A DNA stretch of 64,000 nucleotides from Candidatus Calditenuis fumarioli (GCA_030059665.1 JANVYR010000003.1:32001-96000); one strand, 5' to 3'. Counted from the stretch's first letter, positions 1 to 9,296 are shown. Program-made: numbers and translations. Notes: generated from the sequence alone by a model not told the origin.

Positions 1-584
1 ATCACCGGGTCGAAGACCGGCGGCAGCCTTCTCTCCACCTTAAGGATGGAGCCCTGAGCCGGCTTGATCTCGATGGAGAACTGGTCGTTCGGCTTCAGAC
101 TTTGCAGCTGCGATATTCCTATCACGATCTCCCAGACCTCAGTGTACTCGAGCGCCGTGTCACCGTCGCCGGTCAGCTGCCTTACCCTCACACCGGTAAC
201 TGGCACGTTGGTGTCGTTCATGGTGTAGATGTTCGGGATGAAGTTGTACGGGTCGCGGTACGAGATCACCAGAACGCCGTTCCTCATGTCGACCGGGTTC
301 TTGCCCACCGCGGACTTCACGTAGATGGTGATGTTGCTGATCTGTCCGCCCGAGGACCTGGCGACCACCGATCCAGCTATCTCGACCGAGCTGAGCGTCT
401 CCTCAAGACCCGCCTGCATCACCTCGCTCGACTTCTGCGTCGTGAAGAAGCCCATGTTCAGCACCGCGAAGGCGAAGGCGGCCGCGACGACCACGAAGGC
501 TATCAGGACTATCGCCGTCTCGAGGCCCGTCAGTCCCTTCTTCCTTCGTCCCACATCATTCAATCTGTATGGTGTTTTCCTCAT
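1..584 (-). CDS. arlB: Archaellin (archaeal flagellin), 3' end runs off the window
   Basis: Manual translation of the reverse strand: MRKTPYRLNDVGRRKKG|LTGLETAIVLIAFVVVAAAFAFAVLNMGFFTTQKSSEV...LKPNDQFSIEIKPAQGSILKVERRLPPVFDPV. It has a class III signal peptide with Glu at +5 and an archaellin-type C-terminus. It is absent from the ORF track because there is no stop in the window. An alternative GTG start is at 554. Confidence 0.93.
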   Translation of the reverse strand, partial: MRKTPYRLNDVGRRKKGLTGLETAIVLIAFVVVAAAFAFAVLNMGFFTTQKSSEVMQAGLEETLSSVEIAGSVVARSSGGQISNITIYVKSAVGKNPVDMRNGVLVISYRDPYNFIPNIYTMNDTNVPVTGVRVRQLTGDGDTALEYTEVWEIVIGISQLQSLKPNDQFSIEIKPAQGSILKVERRLPPVFDPV

Positions 585-611
585 CGCGACCATTCATAAT
601 GAAAGGCATAA

Positions 612-617
612 TTTAAA
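612..617 (-). promoter_or_regulatory. TATA box TTTAAA for arlB
   Basis: TTTAAA in an AT-rich patch about 27 nt upstream of ATG 584, typical spacing for a leaderless archaeal transcript. Confidence 0.6.
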
Positions 618-668
618 TGTATTCCAACCATTGGGCGAAAATCTTATCTCTGGGTGTCGGCAGTGATC

Positions 669-704
669 TTGCAATTCGCAGTATTGCAATTGGAATTTGC
701 AATT
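669..704. repeat. Three copies of TTGCAATT (palindromic core TTGCAA) in the arlB divergent promoter region
   Basis: Copies at 669-676, 684-691 and 697-704. Confidence 0.7.
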
Positions 705-790
705 TCGGCATTACGAGGTGAATACGGGCGGCGTTTTGGAACGATCGTCAGCTATGGCCAATCCCTGTGGCTTCAAACGTGGGGGGAGCG

Positions 791-1186
791 TTGCCCCGGA
801 AACCGGTCGAGGACGAGGCGCTAAAAGGTCCGCGATACGAAGAGCAGGACGTGCCGAAGTGCGACGTCTGCGGCCGGGAGCTGACCCTCGCGGAGTGGAT
901 GGCTGTCAGGTACGCGTGCCTCTCCACCTGTGTGCCGGTCCTGAAGGGCGAGCACCTGAGGCATCACCACCCGGAGGTCGCCGAGGTAGCCTCGAAGGTC
1001 GGGAAGCCGCTGGTTTACGGGTCGATCGCTTCGGCCCTGGTCGCCGTCCTCGGACTCGCGGCCTCAGCACATCTCGTCTCGGCAGTTGCCGCGGCGGCAT
1101 CGATCGCCCTGCTGGTCGTCGGCACTTTGATCAGGGTGGGCACGCTGAGGTCCTCAGCCCGCAGGGGTTCTGAAGAAGGGCCCTAA
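791..1186 (+). CDS. Hypothetical membrane protein with Cys/His-rich N-terminal metal-binding domain
   Basis: CDVC...CLSTC...HLRHHH followed by two hydrophobic helices. TTG start after a GGGGAG SD; the ORF track opens at 767. Confidence 0.65.
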   Translation: MPRKPVEDEALKGPRYEEQDVPKCDVCGRELTLAEWMAVRYACLSTCVPVLKGEHLRHHHPEVAEVASKVGKPLVYGSIASALVAVLGLAASAHLVSAVAAAASIALLVVGTLIRVGTLRSSARRGSEEGP

Positions 1187-1393
1187 GAGGAACAGCAGCA
1201 GCACCGCCATGAGAATAGCGTAGATCACGAGCGTTATCGTCCTCGCCCTCCTCTCGCGCCTGAGCCGCTCCTCGTTCACCTTCCTGCACGCGTCGCTGCA
1301 GAAATCCGCGTCGACCGGCATCGATCTGCCGCAGATGGGGCAGTGTTTGTGCTCGGGTATCCTCACCTTCCTGGGTTGAGGACGTGCGGCCAT
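1154..1393 (-). CDS. DUF2116-family Zn-ribbon membrane protein
   Basis: IPEHKHCPICGRSMPVDADFCSDAC, a basic helix and a C-terminal TM segment. Confidence 0.8.
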   Translation of the reverse strand: MAARPQPRKVRIPEHKHCPICGRSMPVDADFCSDACRKVNEERLRRERRARTITLVIYAILMAVLLLFLLGPFFRTPAG

Positions 1394-1436
1394 GAACGCC
1401 TAAGACCAGCTAACGCCCAATATGGGCTTTCTCCGA

Positions 1437-2060
1437 TCAGAGAACTGGCCTCCGAGCCGTGTGGTGCCCTCCCATCCCCTTGAAGCGCTCCTCGAGCCAG
1501 ACGTTACCGCGCTCGTGGTAGCCGCCGTTCTCGGGCCTTTCCCAGAAGCCGTCGACGTAGTGGGCCATGAACTCGATCTCGGTCAGCCACTTGGCGCTCT
1601 TCCAGAGATAGAGATGGGGTATGAAGGGCCTTGCCGGGAAGCCGTTCTCAAGCGGCAGCGGTTTGCCGTTCATGCGGAGCGCGACGATGGCGTCCTCGTG
1701 CAGCGCGTCCTCGACGGGAACCGGCGTGGAGTAGCCCTCGAGCGAGTAGAACATCACCCACCTCGCCTCGGGCTTGACGCCTGCGAGCTCCGCGAGGTGC
1801 CTGATCGGCACTCCCTCCCACTCCACGTCCTTGACCGACCAGCGCGTGACGCAGTGGGCGTCCCTCACGTACCTCTTCATGGGCATCCTCAGGAGCTCCT
1901 CGTAGGTGAGCTCGAGCTCGCGCTCCACCAGCCCAGTCACCCTCAGCCGATAGGTCTCGAGGTTAACCTGCGGTATCCCGAGGGCCGCGTAGACGATGAA
2001 CTTCCTCACGTACCTCTGCCCCGGCGGCAGCACCCTCTCTGCGACCTCGACCATCCTCAA
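1437..2060 (-). CDS. Sulfite oxidase-like molybdopterin oxidoreductase (cytoplasmic, MsrP/YuiH-like)
   Basis: DAHCVTRWS (Mo-ligating Cys), [28 protein letters not shown]...GFWE. No signal peptide. Confidence 0.88.
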   Translation of the reverse strand: MRMVEVAERVLPPGQRYVRKFIVYAALGIPQVNLETYRLRVTGLVERELELTYEELLRMPMKRYVRDAHCVTRWSVKDVEWEGVPIRHLAELAGVKPEARWVMFYSLEGYSTPVPVEDALHEDAIVALRMNGKPLPLENGFPARPFIPHLYLWKSAKWLTEIEFMAHYVDGFWERPENGGYHERGNVWLEERFKGMGGHHTARRPVL

Positions 2061-2161
2061 GATCCTCCTGACCGGTGCTGATAATGGTTGCGCCTCAACT
2101 CGTGGCCCGCCGCTCCAACCGGCACCAGTTTATTTTGTGGGCGTGAAGGGTGCGCGGAGGG

Positions 2162-2659
2162 ATGTCGCTCAGGACGTTCAAGTTCGACGTTGAGGGGGGC
2201 AAAGCGACCGCAGGGCCTCCGATAGGGCCGGCACTGACGCCGCTGGGGCTGAACGTGCTCGCCGTGGTCGAGAAGATCAACGAGATGACGAAGGAGTTCA
2301 GAGGGATGAGGGTTCCGGTGAAGGTGGTCGTTGACGTCGAGACGAAGTCCTTCGAGGTCGAGGTCGGGGTGCCGACGGTGGCAGCCCTGATCGCGAGGGA
2401 GGCCGGAATCGAGAAGGGCTCCGGTCAGCCCGGATCCCAGCCAGCAGGGAACCTCACCTTCGAGCAGGTGGTGAAGATAGCGCGGCTCAAGATGCCTCAC
2501 CTCAGGGCCAAGTCGCTGAAGGCCGCCGTCAAGACGGTCCTCGGCACGTGCGTCAGCATGGGCGTCACGGTCGACGGGAAGGACCCGAAGCTCGTCCAGC
2601 GGGAGGTGGATGAGGGCGCCTACGACCAAGTGATCGGAGAGGTCACTCAGACTCCCTGA
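2162..2659 (+). CDS. rpl11: 50S ribosomal protein uL11
   Basis: GGKATAGPPIGPALTPLG and VLGTCVSMGVTVDGKDPK. Confidence 0.97.
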   Translation: MSLRTFKFDVEGGKATAGPPIGPALTPLGLNVLAVVEKINEMTKEFRGMRVPVKVVVDVETKSFEVEVGVPTVAALIAREAGIEKGSGQPGSQPAGNLTFEQVVKIARLKMPHLRAKSLKAAVKTVLGTCVSMGVTVDGKDPKLVQREVDEGAYDQVIGEVTQTP

Positions 2660-3308
2660 TCCTCAGCTCTATGGGTTCGCCCATCGTCCGCTTGATGTAG
2701 GCCGACTTGACGTTGGCCCACCTCTTCGGAAGCTTCTCCACCACCCTGTTCAGCACGGCCATCGCGTTCTCCACCAGCTGGTCCAGACCCATCTCCTCCG
2801 TCCCGATTATGCAGTTCGCCTGGGGGTTCTTCCGCACCCTGACCGTCACGCTCCTCTTGTACCTCGCAGCGAGCGCGTTGATGTCCGCTCCAGCCGGCAC
2901 AGGAACTGGGGCCTTGCCGATGTAGCCGAGCGCGGCTCCGAGGGCCCTCGCCACCAGGGAGATCAGCGATGTGTCCACGAGGAAGTAATCGAACTGTCGC
3001 GCCAGCTTCTTCGCCGCCTTCTTGTTGCCAGTAAGGACCTCAATCTCATCGCGCTCGAAGACGCGGTCCACGTTCGGCGATTTGCGGGCCTCCACTGCCA
3101 GCGCTCCCGAGGCTACAACGGCCACCTTCCTAGCCTTGGACCCGAGACCGTGGGGCAGCTCGATCACCTCGGTGAACCTGTTCTCGGGCTTCTTCAGGTC
3201 GATGTCCCTCAGGTTGATCACCAACTCCACCGACTGCGTGAACTTCCTCGGCTTGCCGCTCCTGAGCGCCTCCCTCACCGCCTCCCTCAGCGCCTCTACC
3301 GAGGCCAT
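2643..3308 (-). CDS. rpl1: 50S ribosomal protein uL1
   Basis: KPRKFTQSVELVINLRDIDLKKPENRF and NVKSAYIKRTMGEP. Confidence 0.96.
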   Translation of the reverse strand: MASVEALREAVREALRSGKPRKFTQSVELVINLRDIDLKKPENRFTEVIELPHGLGSKARKVAVVASGALAVEARKSPNVDRVFERDEIEVLTGNKKAAKKLARQFDYFLVDTSLISLVARALGAALGYIGKAPVPVPAGADINALAARYKRSVTVRVRKNPQANCIIGTEEMGLDQLVENAMAVLNRVVEKLPKRWANVKSAYIKRTMGEPIELRIRESE

Positions 3309-3385
3309 CTTCCCCTACCGCACCGCCCCTGCTAATTAATTGAACTCGGAGAAATGCTGCGATCAGCCTCAGATCCGCAAACCCG

Positions 3386-3457
3386 TGGACCGGGCGGGAC
3401 TCGAACCCGCGACCTCCCGGGTGCAAACCGGGCGATCTGCCGCTGATCTACCGGCCC
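3386..3457 (-). tRNA. tRNA-Ala(TGC), no intron, CCA not encoded
   Basis: Reverse complement GGGCCGG TA GATC AGCGGCA GATC G CCCGG TT TGC AC CCGGG AGGTC GCGGG TTCGAGT CCCGC CCGGTCC A forms a full cloverleaf. Confidence 0.96.
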
Positions 3458-3503
3458 CTGATACCGACGCGCAGTCCCCGCTCTTAGTTCTTTCCGGACG
3501 CGA

Positions 3504-4808
3504 TCACGCGGGGCCCCGCTGGGGCTCTGCCTGCTCCAGAAGCCTGAAGGAGCCGTTGAGGGATGCTGACCTGACCCGTTCCGCGAGCTCCGCGGGGACG
3601 TCGGCCACCACCAGCACCGAGTCCTCCAGGTAATCGAGCCTCTCCACGCGGCCCTTCTCGTACAGCTCGTCGATCAGGGAGGACAGTGACCCATCGTATC
3701 CGAGCCTCGCCTCGAGCCTGACGAGCCTCGGCAGGTAACGCTCTATCTCGTCGAGCAGCTGGGGGATGCCATCGCCGCGCTGCGCGGAGATCGGCACGAC
3801 CGGCAGTCCTTTGAAGTCCACCTCCTCCAGCACCCTCCTGAGCCCCTCGCCGGAGACCAGGTCGATCTTGTTCAGCGCCACCACCATCGGCAGGTGACCT
3901 GCGCCGATCTGGTGAAGCGTCGAGTAGGAGACCTCGAACTTCGTCCGGACCTCCTCGACGGGGTCGGAGGCGTCCACCACCAGCAGCACCACATCGGACT
4001 CCGCTATCTCCATCAGCGTCGACATGAAGGCCGAGATCAGCAGTGTCGGGACGTTCCTGATGAAACCCACCGTGTCCGAGAGGTTGACGGGCCTGCCGTT
4101 GACCCGCATCGTCCTCCTCTTCGTGGAGAGCGTCGTGAACATCGCGTCCGATATCTCGGTCGGCGAACCGGTGAGCCGGGTGAAGAGCGTGGACTTGCCG
4201 GCGTTGGTGTACCCCGCGAGGGAGACCGTCGGTATCCCCGTGCTCCTACGGGCCCTGCTCTCCCAGCTCTTCCTCCGCTTGATCTCCTCGAGCTTCCTCG
4301 TCAGCGTCTGGATCTGCCGCTTCACCTCCTCGTAGTACACGTCCGCCTCGTAGGCTCCGAGGCCGTGGAATCCCGGCTGCTCGCCCTGCTTCGCTAGCCT
4401 GACCTTCTCCTTCGCCCTTGGAAGCTCGTACTTCAGGGAAGCCAGCCTGATCTGGAGGTTGGCCTCGAGGCTCGTCGCGTGCATCGCGAAGATCTCCAGT
4501 ATCAGCCTGACCCTGGTGATGACCTCTACGTTCAGCTCCTTCGCCAGGTTGTACTCCTGGACCGGCTTAAGCTCGTTCTCGAAGATCACTTTGGAGATCC
4601 CCAGCCTCCTGACGGCCTCCTTCAGCTCCGCGAGCTTGGAAGGACCGATGTTGTAGAGCGGGTGAGGGAAGCGGCGCTGGGCGAGCCGGTAAACGACCTC
4701 GTACCCGGCGGTGCTGCAAAGCTCCTCCAGCTCGTCGAGGTTCTCGCTCTCCCAGGGGTAGTACCTGTGGACGATCGCGACCCTCCTGCTCGACGCTAAG
4801 CCGACCAC
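3504..4808 (-). CDS. hflX: GTPase HflX
   Basis: GYTNAGKST, FTTLS, DTVGFI, NKID, plus the HflX N-terminal domain (ELEELCSTAG). Confidence 0.95.
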   Translation of the reverse strand: MVGLASSRRVAIVHRYYPWESENLDELEELCSTAGYEVVYRLAQRRFPHPLYNIGPSKLAELKEAVRRLGISKVIFENELKPVQEYNLAKELNVEVITRVRLILEIFAMHATSLEANLQIRLASLKYELPRAKEKVRLAKQGEQPGFHGLGAYEADVYYEEVKRQIQTLTRKLEEIKRRKSWESRARRSTGIPTVSLAGYTNAGKSTLFTRLTGSPTEISDAMFTTLSTKRRTMRVNGRPVNLSDTVGFIRNVPTLLISAFMSTLMEIAESDVVLLVVDASDPVEEVRTKFEVSYSTLHQIGAGHLPMVVALNKIDLVSGEGLRRVLEEVDFKGLPVVPISAQRGDGIPQLLDEIERYLPRLVRLEARLGYDGSLSSLIDELYEKGRVERLDYLEDSVLVVADVPAELAERVRSASLNGSFRLLEQAEPQRGPA

Positions 4809-4820
4809 CCTCTCATCGAT

Positions 4821-5192
4821 TTACAGGTCCTCGCTCTTCAACTGATCTCCCAGAACGTCGCCTATCGTGAGGCCCCTCTTCTGGGCCTTGCTCACAGCCC
4901 GCTCGAAGACCTCGTCGGTAGCCTCCACCAGCAGCTTCACCTTGAGAACCCTCTCCAGCTTCCTCGCCAGCTCGAAGGAGGGCTTGAGCTCGTTGTTCTC
5001 GATCCTCCTGATCGTTGAGACCTTCTCGCCGACCATCTCCGCCAGCTGCTCCCGCGTGAGGAACCTCGCCTCCCTCGCCTTCCTGATCACGTTCCCCAGG
5101 TCGTCGACGAACTCGTACCGCTCGACCCGCTCCACCACGCCGACGTACCTGTCAACCCTTCCCCTCCTCTGCGGAGCTCCACCGGGCTGCAT
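4821..5192 (-). CDS. mbf1: Multiprotein bridging factor aMBF1 (Cro-type HTH)
   Basis: IRKAREARFLTREQLAEMVGEKVSTIRRIENNELKP...LERVLKVKL...LTIGD. It lies directly upstream of hflX, as in many archaea. Start inferred from a TTTACA box at 5218-5223. Confidence 0.88.
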   Translation of the reverse strand: MQPGGAPQRRGRVDRYVGVVERVERYEFVDDLGNVIRKAREARFLTREQLAEMVGEKVSTIRRIENNELKPSFELARKLERVLKVKLLVEATDEVFERAVSKAQKRGLTIGDVLGDQLKSEDL

Positions 5193-5280
5193 GCACTTCA
5201 AGTGTGTGAGGGCCGGTGTAAATGCTTTCGGGCCCGATGGGTGCCGCGAAATCCTTATGAGCTCTGGAATTGTGGCAGAA

Positions 5281-6183
5281 ATGCGCTTGATACCGCGTTC
5301 GTTCGAGTACGTGGCACCCAAGACGCTTCAGGAGGCGGTCAGCATCTTGAGGAAGTACAAGGGAGAGGCGAAGGTCCTCGCGGGAGGTCACAGCCTGGTG
5401 CCGCTGATGAAGCTGAGGCTCTCGAACCCTCAGGTCGTGGTGGACCTGAAGTACCTGAGGCCGAAGCTCGCCTACATCAAGGTGGCCGGTAAGACGGTGA
5501 GGATAGGAGCGCTGACCAGGCACGCGGAGATCGAGCACTCCGCAGAGCTGAAGAAGGTGGTCCCGATAATGCCGGCCGCGGCCGAGTGGATAGGTGACAT
5601 GCAGGTCCGGAACATGGGAACGATCGGCGGATCCCTCGCCCACGCGGATCCAGCAGCGGACTGGCCCGTGGTGATGCTCGCGCTCAACGCGACCTTCGTG
5701 GCCAACGGCGGGGCCCAGAGGAAGATCCCGGCGACCAAGTTCTTCCTCGGTCCCTTCACAACAGCGCTCAAGCCCCACGAGATCCTTACCGAGATACAGG
5801 TCCCGGTTCCGCCGTCCAACCACGGCTGGTCCTGGAAGAAGTTCGAGAGGAAGGCCGGAGACTTCGCGACCGTCAACACGGCCGTGATAGTCGTTCCGGG
5901 AAGGAAGGGGGAGATCGCCGACGTCTCCATCGCCGTGGGTGCGGTTCACGTGAGGCCGTTCAGGGCGACCGATGCCGAGAAGGTCCTGAAGGGCGAGGTT
6001 CCCACGATGGACCTGATCCGGGAGGCTGCGGAGAAGGCAGCCGCGATGTCGGAACCCAGTGCGGACCTCAGGGGGAGCGTCGAGTACAAGCGCGAGGTGA
6101 CCAAGGTCTTCGTCAGGAGGGCGCTGGTCGAGGCCTGTGAGCGCGCGAAACTTCTAAAGCCGGAGGCGGCGGTGGTGAGGTGA
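5281..6183 (+). CDS. coxM: Molybdenum hydroxylase/CO dehydrogenase medium (FAD) subunit
   Basis: [46 protein letters not shown]. Start refined to ATG 5281. Confidence 0.92.
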   Translation: MRLIPRSFEYVAPKTLQEAVSILRKYKGEAKVLAGGHSLVPLMKLRLSNPQVVVDLKYLRPKLAYIKVAGKTVRIGALTRHAEIEHSAELKKVVPIMPAAAEWIGDMQVRNMGTIGGSLAHADPAADWPVVMLALNATFVANGGAQRKIPATKFFLGPFTTALKPHEILTEIQVPVPPSNHGWSWKKFERKAGDFATVNTAVIVVPGRKGEIADVSIAVGAVHVRPFRATDAEKVLKGEVPTMDLIREAAEKAAAMSEPSADLRGSVEYKREVTKVFVRRALVEACERAKLLKPEAAVVR

Positions 6184-6184
6184 C

Positions 6185-6748
6185 ATGGCTCGGAGGGCCG
6201 CGGTGAGGACCGTCCAGCGCAGGGCCCGGGGACCCGTGCCGCAAGCGAAGGTCCCGATCAGGGTGAAGATCAACGGCGTCGAGTACTCCCACGAGGTCGA
6301 ACCGAGGCTTCTCCTCGTTCACTACATCAGGGACGTTGTCGGTCTGACGGGGACCCACATCGGCTGCGACACCAGCAACTGCGGAGCCTGCACCGTTTTG
6401 ATGAAGGGCACCTGGGGGAACGAGTGGAGGGCGGTGAAGTCATGCACGCTCTACGCAGTCCAGGCCGACGGCGCCGAGATCATCACCATAGAGGGCCTCG
6501 CCAAGAACGGCGAGCTGCATCCGCTCCAGAAGGCGTTCTGGGAGCACCACGCGCTCCAGTGCGGCTACTGCACTCCCGGGATGATACTGGCTGCCCTGGG
6601 GTTCCTGAAGCTGAACCCGAACCCGACCAGGGAAGAGATCAGGAAGGGCATCTCGGGGAACCTGTGCCGCTGCACGGGCTACGTGAACATCGTCAAGGCG
6701 ATAGAGGCCGCAGCCAAGGAGATCCGCGAGAAGGGAAGCTGGATCTAG
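6185..6748 (+). CDS. coxS: Molybdenum hydroxylase/CO dehydrogenase small (2x[2Fe-2S]) subunit
   Basis: [29 protein letters not shown]. Confidence 0.95.
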   Translation: MARRAAVRTVQRRARGPVPQAKVPIRVKINGVEYSHEVEPRLLLVHYIRDVVGLTGTHIGCDTSNCGACTVLMKGTWGNEWRAVKSCTLYAVQADGAEIITIEGLAKNGELHPLQKAFWEHHALQCGYCTPGMILAALGFLKLNPNPTREEIRKGISGNLCRCTGYVNIVKAIEAAAKEIREKGSWI

Positions 6749-6765
6749 ATCCACGGTCCCTCGAT

Positions 6766-6781
6766 TTTTGTTGCTTTTTCC
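6766..6781 (+). terminator. T-rich terminator after coxS
   Basis: ATTTTTGTTGCTTTTTC about 17 nt after the stop codon. Confidence 0.45.
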
Positions 6782-6868
6782 CACTCTGTCCCTCCTCCTC
6801 AGCCGTCAACGTCCTCCATCCTCACCTCTGGTAAGTTAAAATGGACCCGTGGTCACATGGATCCGGGT

Positions 6869-6983
6869 AGCCCGGTCGTCTAGCGGTCAAACCACCTGGC
6901 CGGAGGTGGGATCAGGGATTCCGGGCTCTGGATCCCTCAGGAGGGGACCCCCGGAGACGCCGGTTCGAATCCGGCCCGGGCTA
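6869..6983 (+). tRNA. tRNA-Gln(CTG) with two BHB introns (6891-6915 at about position 21/22; 6932-6948 at 37/38)
   Basis: Removing both introns gives AGCCCGG TC GTCT AGCGGTCAA GGAT T CCGGG CT CTG GC CCCGG AGAC GCCGG TTCGAAT CCGGC CCGGGCT A. Both introns fold as bulge-helix-bulge motifs. Confidence 0.92.
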
Positions 6984-7109
6984 CCTTGAGATCCTGACGT
7001 GGGGACAGCACGAGAACTGAGACCTCGTGTTAAACGACCGATCGCCGTTAAACTCGGCCCCTGGGTCGAAAAACCGTTAAAAGCAGCTCACTAGTTCTGG
7101 GATCCGACC

Positions 7110-9272
7110 ATGTGGATAAACCCGCTTCTGATAACGACGGTGCTCGGCGCGATCGGTGCGCTGACCGCTGTGCTCTTCGTGGTGCTGGTCAACAGGTACC
7201 CGAAGGGGCCTGAGCAGTTCGTCGCTGTGTGGTCAGCTATCCGCGAGGGTTCCGCGGCCTACCTGAAGAGGCAGTACAGGACGATCTACGTGATAGCGGC
7301 CTTCATCTTCCTGCTGATCGTCGGGAGCTTCGCGGCCTTCCCAGCCCTCGGTGGGCTCCTCTACGGCCTCGCGGTGGGCGGGAGCTTCCTGATCGGCGTG
7401 ACCTTCTCGCTGATAGCCGCAACGATAGCGATGGACTCCGCGACCCGCGCCAACGTCAGGACCACCTACGCGGCCTACAAAGGATCGGTCAGCGCGCTCA
7501 GGGTTGCGACGCTGGGAGGAGCGGCTCTCGGCCTCGCGGTGATCGCGATGAGCCTCCTCGGCCTCTCGATCCTCTACTGGGCCTTCAGGGACCCGGCGGT
7601 GCTCGCGGGCTTCGGGTTCGGCGCCAGCCTCGCAGCCCTCTTCGCCCAGCTCGGCGGAGGGATCTACACCAAGAGCGCAGACATCGGAGCGGACCTCGTC
7701 GGTAAGGTCGAGGCCGGGATACCGGAGGACGACCCGAGGAACCCTGCGGTGATCGCGGACCAGGTGGGCGACAACGTCGGAGACGAGGCCGGGAGGGGGG
7801 CTGACCTCTTCGAGTCGGTCACGGCTGAGAACCTGGGAGGGATGATCATCGCGCTGGTCCTCTCGATCGTTATCTTCAACGCCATCAACGAGGACTACGT
7901 CCTGCTGCCGCTGCTGGTGAGGGCCGTAGGAGTCGTCGCCACGCTGGCGGGCATCGGCTGGGCCGTCGCGCAGCGCTCCTTCAAGGAGGCGATAGAGCCC
8001 CTCAGGAACGGCCTGATCGTGACCTCGGTTGTGGCCGCGGTGCTGATGTATTTCGTCTCGTCCGCGGTCTTCGGGAGCTCCTACCTACCCATGTTCGCCT
8101 CGATGGTGATAGGGCTGATCGCCGGCATCCTGATCATGTTCTACAGCGAGCTCTACACCGGCCTCAGGTCCAAGTACGTCGGCCTGATCGCCGGGAACAG
8201 CGAGAGCGGCCCAGCCCTTACGGTCGTCTCCGGGCTCGCGGTCGGGATGGTCTCCACGGCCCTTCCGGTGATCACGGTCGTCGTGGCGATAGCAGCGTCT
8301 TTCGTCCTGGGCCTCCAGTGGGCTCAGCTGGTCAACCTCCCTGACCGGTTCCTCGGTGGCGTCTTCGGGACCACGATGGCCACGATGGGGATGCTCTCCA
8401 CGGCCGGGTTCGTGCTGACCATGGACGGCGTGGGGCCGATTGTGGACAACGCCGGAGGGATAGCGGAGATGGCAAACGCTCCGGACGAGATCAGGGAGAG
8501 GCTCGAGCCTCTGGACGCCCTTGGGAACACGACGAAGGCCCTCACCAAGTCCTACGCGATGGGCTCCGCGGCGCTGGCTGCACTCCTGCTCTTCCAGGCG
8601 TTCCTCCTCGAGGTGGCCAGGTACCAGGCAGGGATCATCGAACTCTCGCACCTGACGGTCGAGCAGTCGAGGAACCTCTTGGCCCAGATCGAGGCCCTCT
8701 CCTCACAGCTCCAGATCAACTCGCCCTCGGTGCTGATAGGGCTCTTCATCGGTGCGATGCTGCCGTTCCTCTTCTCCGGCTACGCGGTGAACGCCGTGGC
8801 CACCGGGGCCTTCCAGATGGTCGAGGAGGTCAGGAGGCAGTTCAGGACCATACCCGGGCTGCTGAACGGGGCCGCCAGGCCCGAGTACGGTAGGTGCGTG
8901 GACATCTCGACCCGAACCGCCCTGAGGCTCATGGTGACCCCGACGCTGGTGGTCACGCTCTCGCCGATACTCGTGGGGCTGCTGCTGGGTTGGAGGGCGA
9001 TCGGCGGGCTCGTGATGGGCGCGACGGTCTCCGCGATACCACTGGCGATAGTCGGCTTCTACGGAGGTGCAGCGATGGACAACGCGAAGAAGTTCCTCGA
9101 GATCGCCGGGAGGAAGGGGACCGATGCCCACAAGGCCGCGGTGATAGGCGACACGGTGGGCGACCCGATGAAGGACACCTACGCTCCGAGCCTGCACATC
9201 CTGATCAAGCTGCTGAACACGCTCTCGCTCGTCTTCATACCGCTCTTCCTGGTGTCCCTGATACCGATCTGA
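7110..9272 (+). CDS. hppA: Membrane-bound H+-translocating pyrophosphatase, K+-independent type
   Basis: GGGIYTKSADIGADLVGKVEAGIPEDDPRNPAVIADQVGDNVGD, GNTTKA (Lys type) and GDTVGDPMKDT. Confidence 0.96.
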   Translation: MWINPLLITTVLGAIGALTAVLFVVLVNRYPKGPEQFVAVWSAIREGSAAYLKRQYRTIYVIAAFIFLLIVGSFAAFPALGGLLYGLAVGGSFLIGVTFSLIAATIAMDSATRANVRTTYAAYKGSVSALRVATLGGAALGLAVIAMSLLGLSILYWAFRDPAVLAGFGFGASLAALFAQLGGGIYTKSADIGADLVGKVEAGIPEDDPRNPAVIADQVGDNVGDEAGRGADLFESVTAENLGGMIIALVLSIVIFNAINEDYVLLPLLVRAVGVVATLAGIGWAVAQRSFKEAIEPLRNGLIVTSVVAAVLMYFVSSAVFGSSYLPMFASMVIGLIAGILIMFYSELYTGLRSKYVGLIAGNSESGPALTVVSGLAVGMVSTALPVITVVVAIAASFVLGLQWAQLVNLPDRFLGGVFGTTMATMGMLSTAGFVLTMDGVGPIVDNAGGIAEMANAPDEIRERLEPLDALGNTTKALTKSYAMGSAALAALLLFQAFLLEVARYQAGIIELSHLTVEQSRNLLAQIEALSSQLQINSPSVLIGLFIGAMLPFLFSGYAVNAVATGAFQMVEEVRRQFRTIPGLLNGAARPEYGRCVDISTRTALRLMVTPTLVVTLSPILVGLLLGWRAIGGLVMGATVSAIPLAIVGFYGGAAMDNAKKFLEIAGRKGTDAHKAAVIGDTVGDPMKDTYAPSLHILIKLLNTLSLVFIPLFLVSLIPI

Positions 9273-9296
9273 TCCGACGACCTCCGCCTTTCTCCG

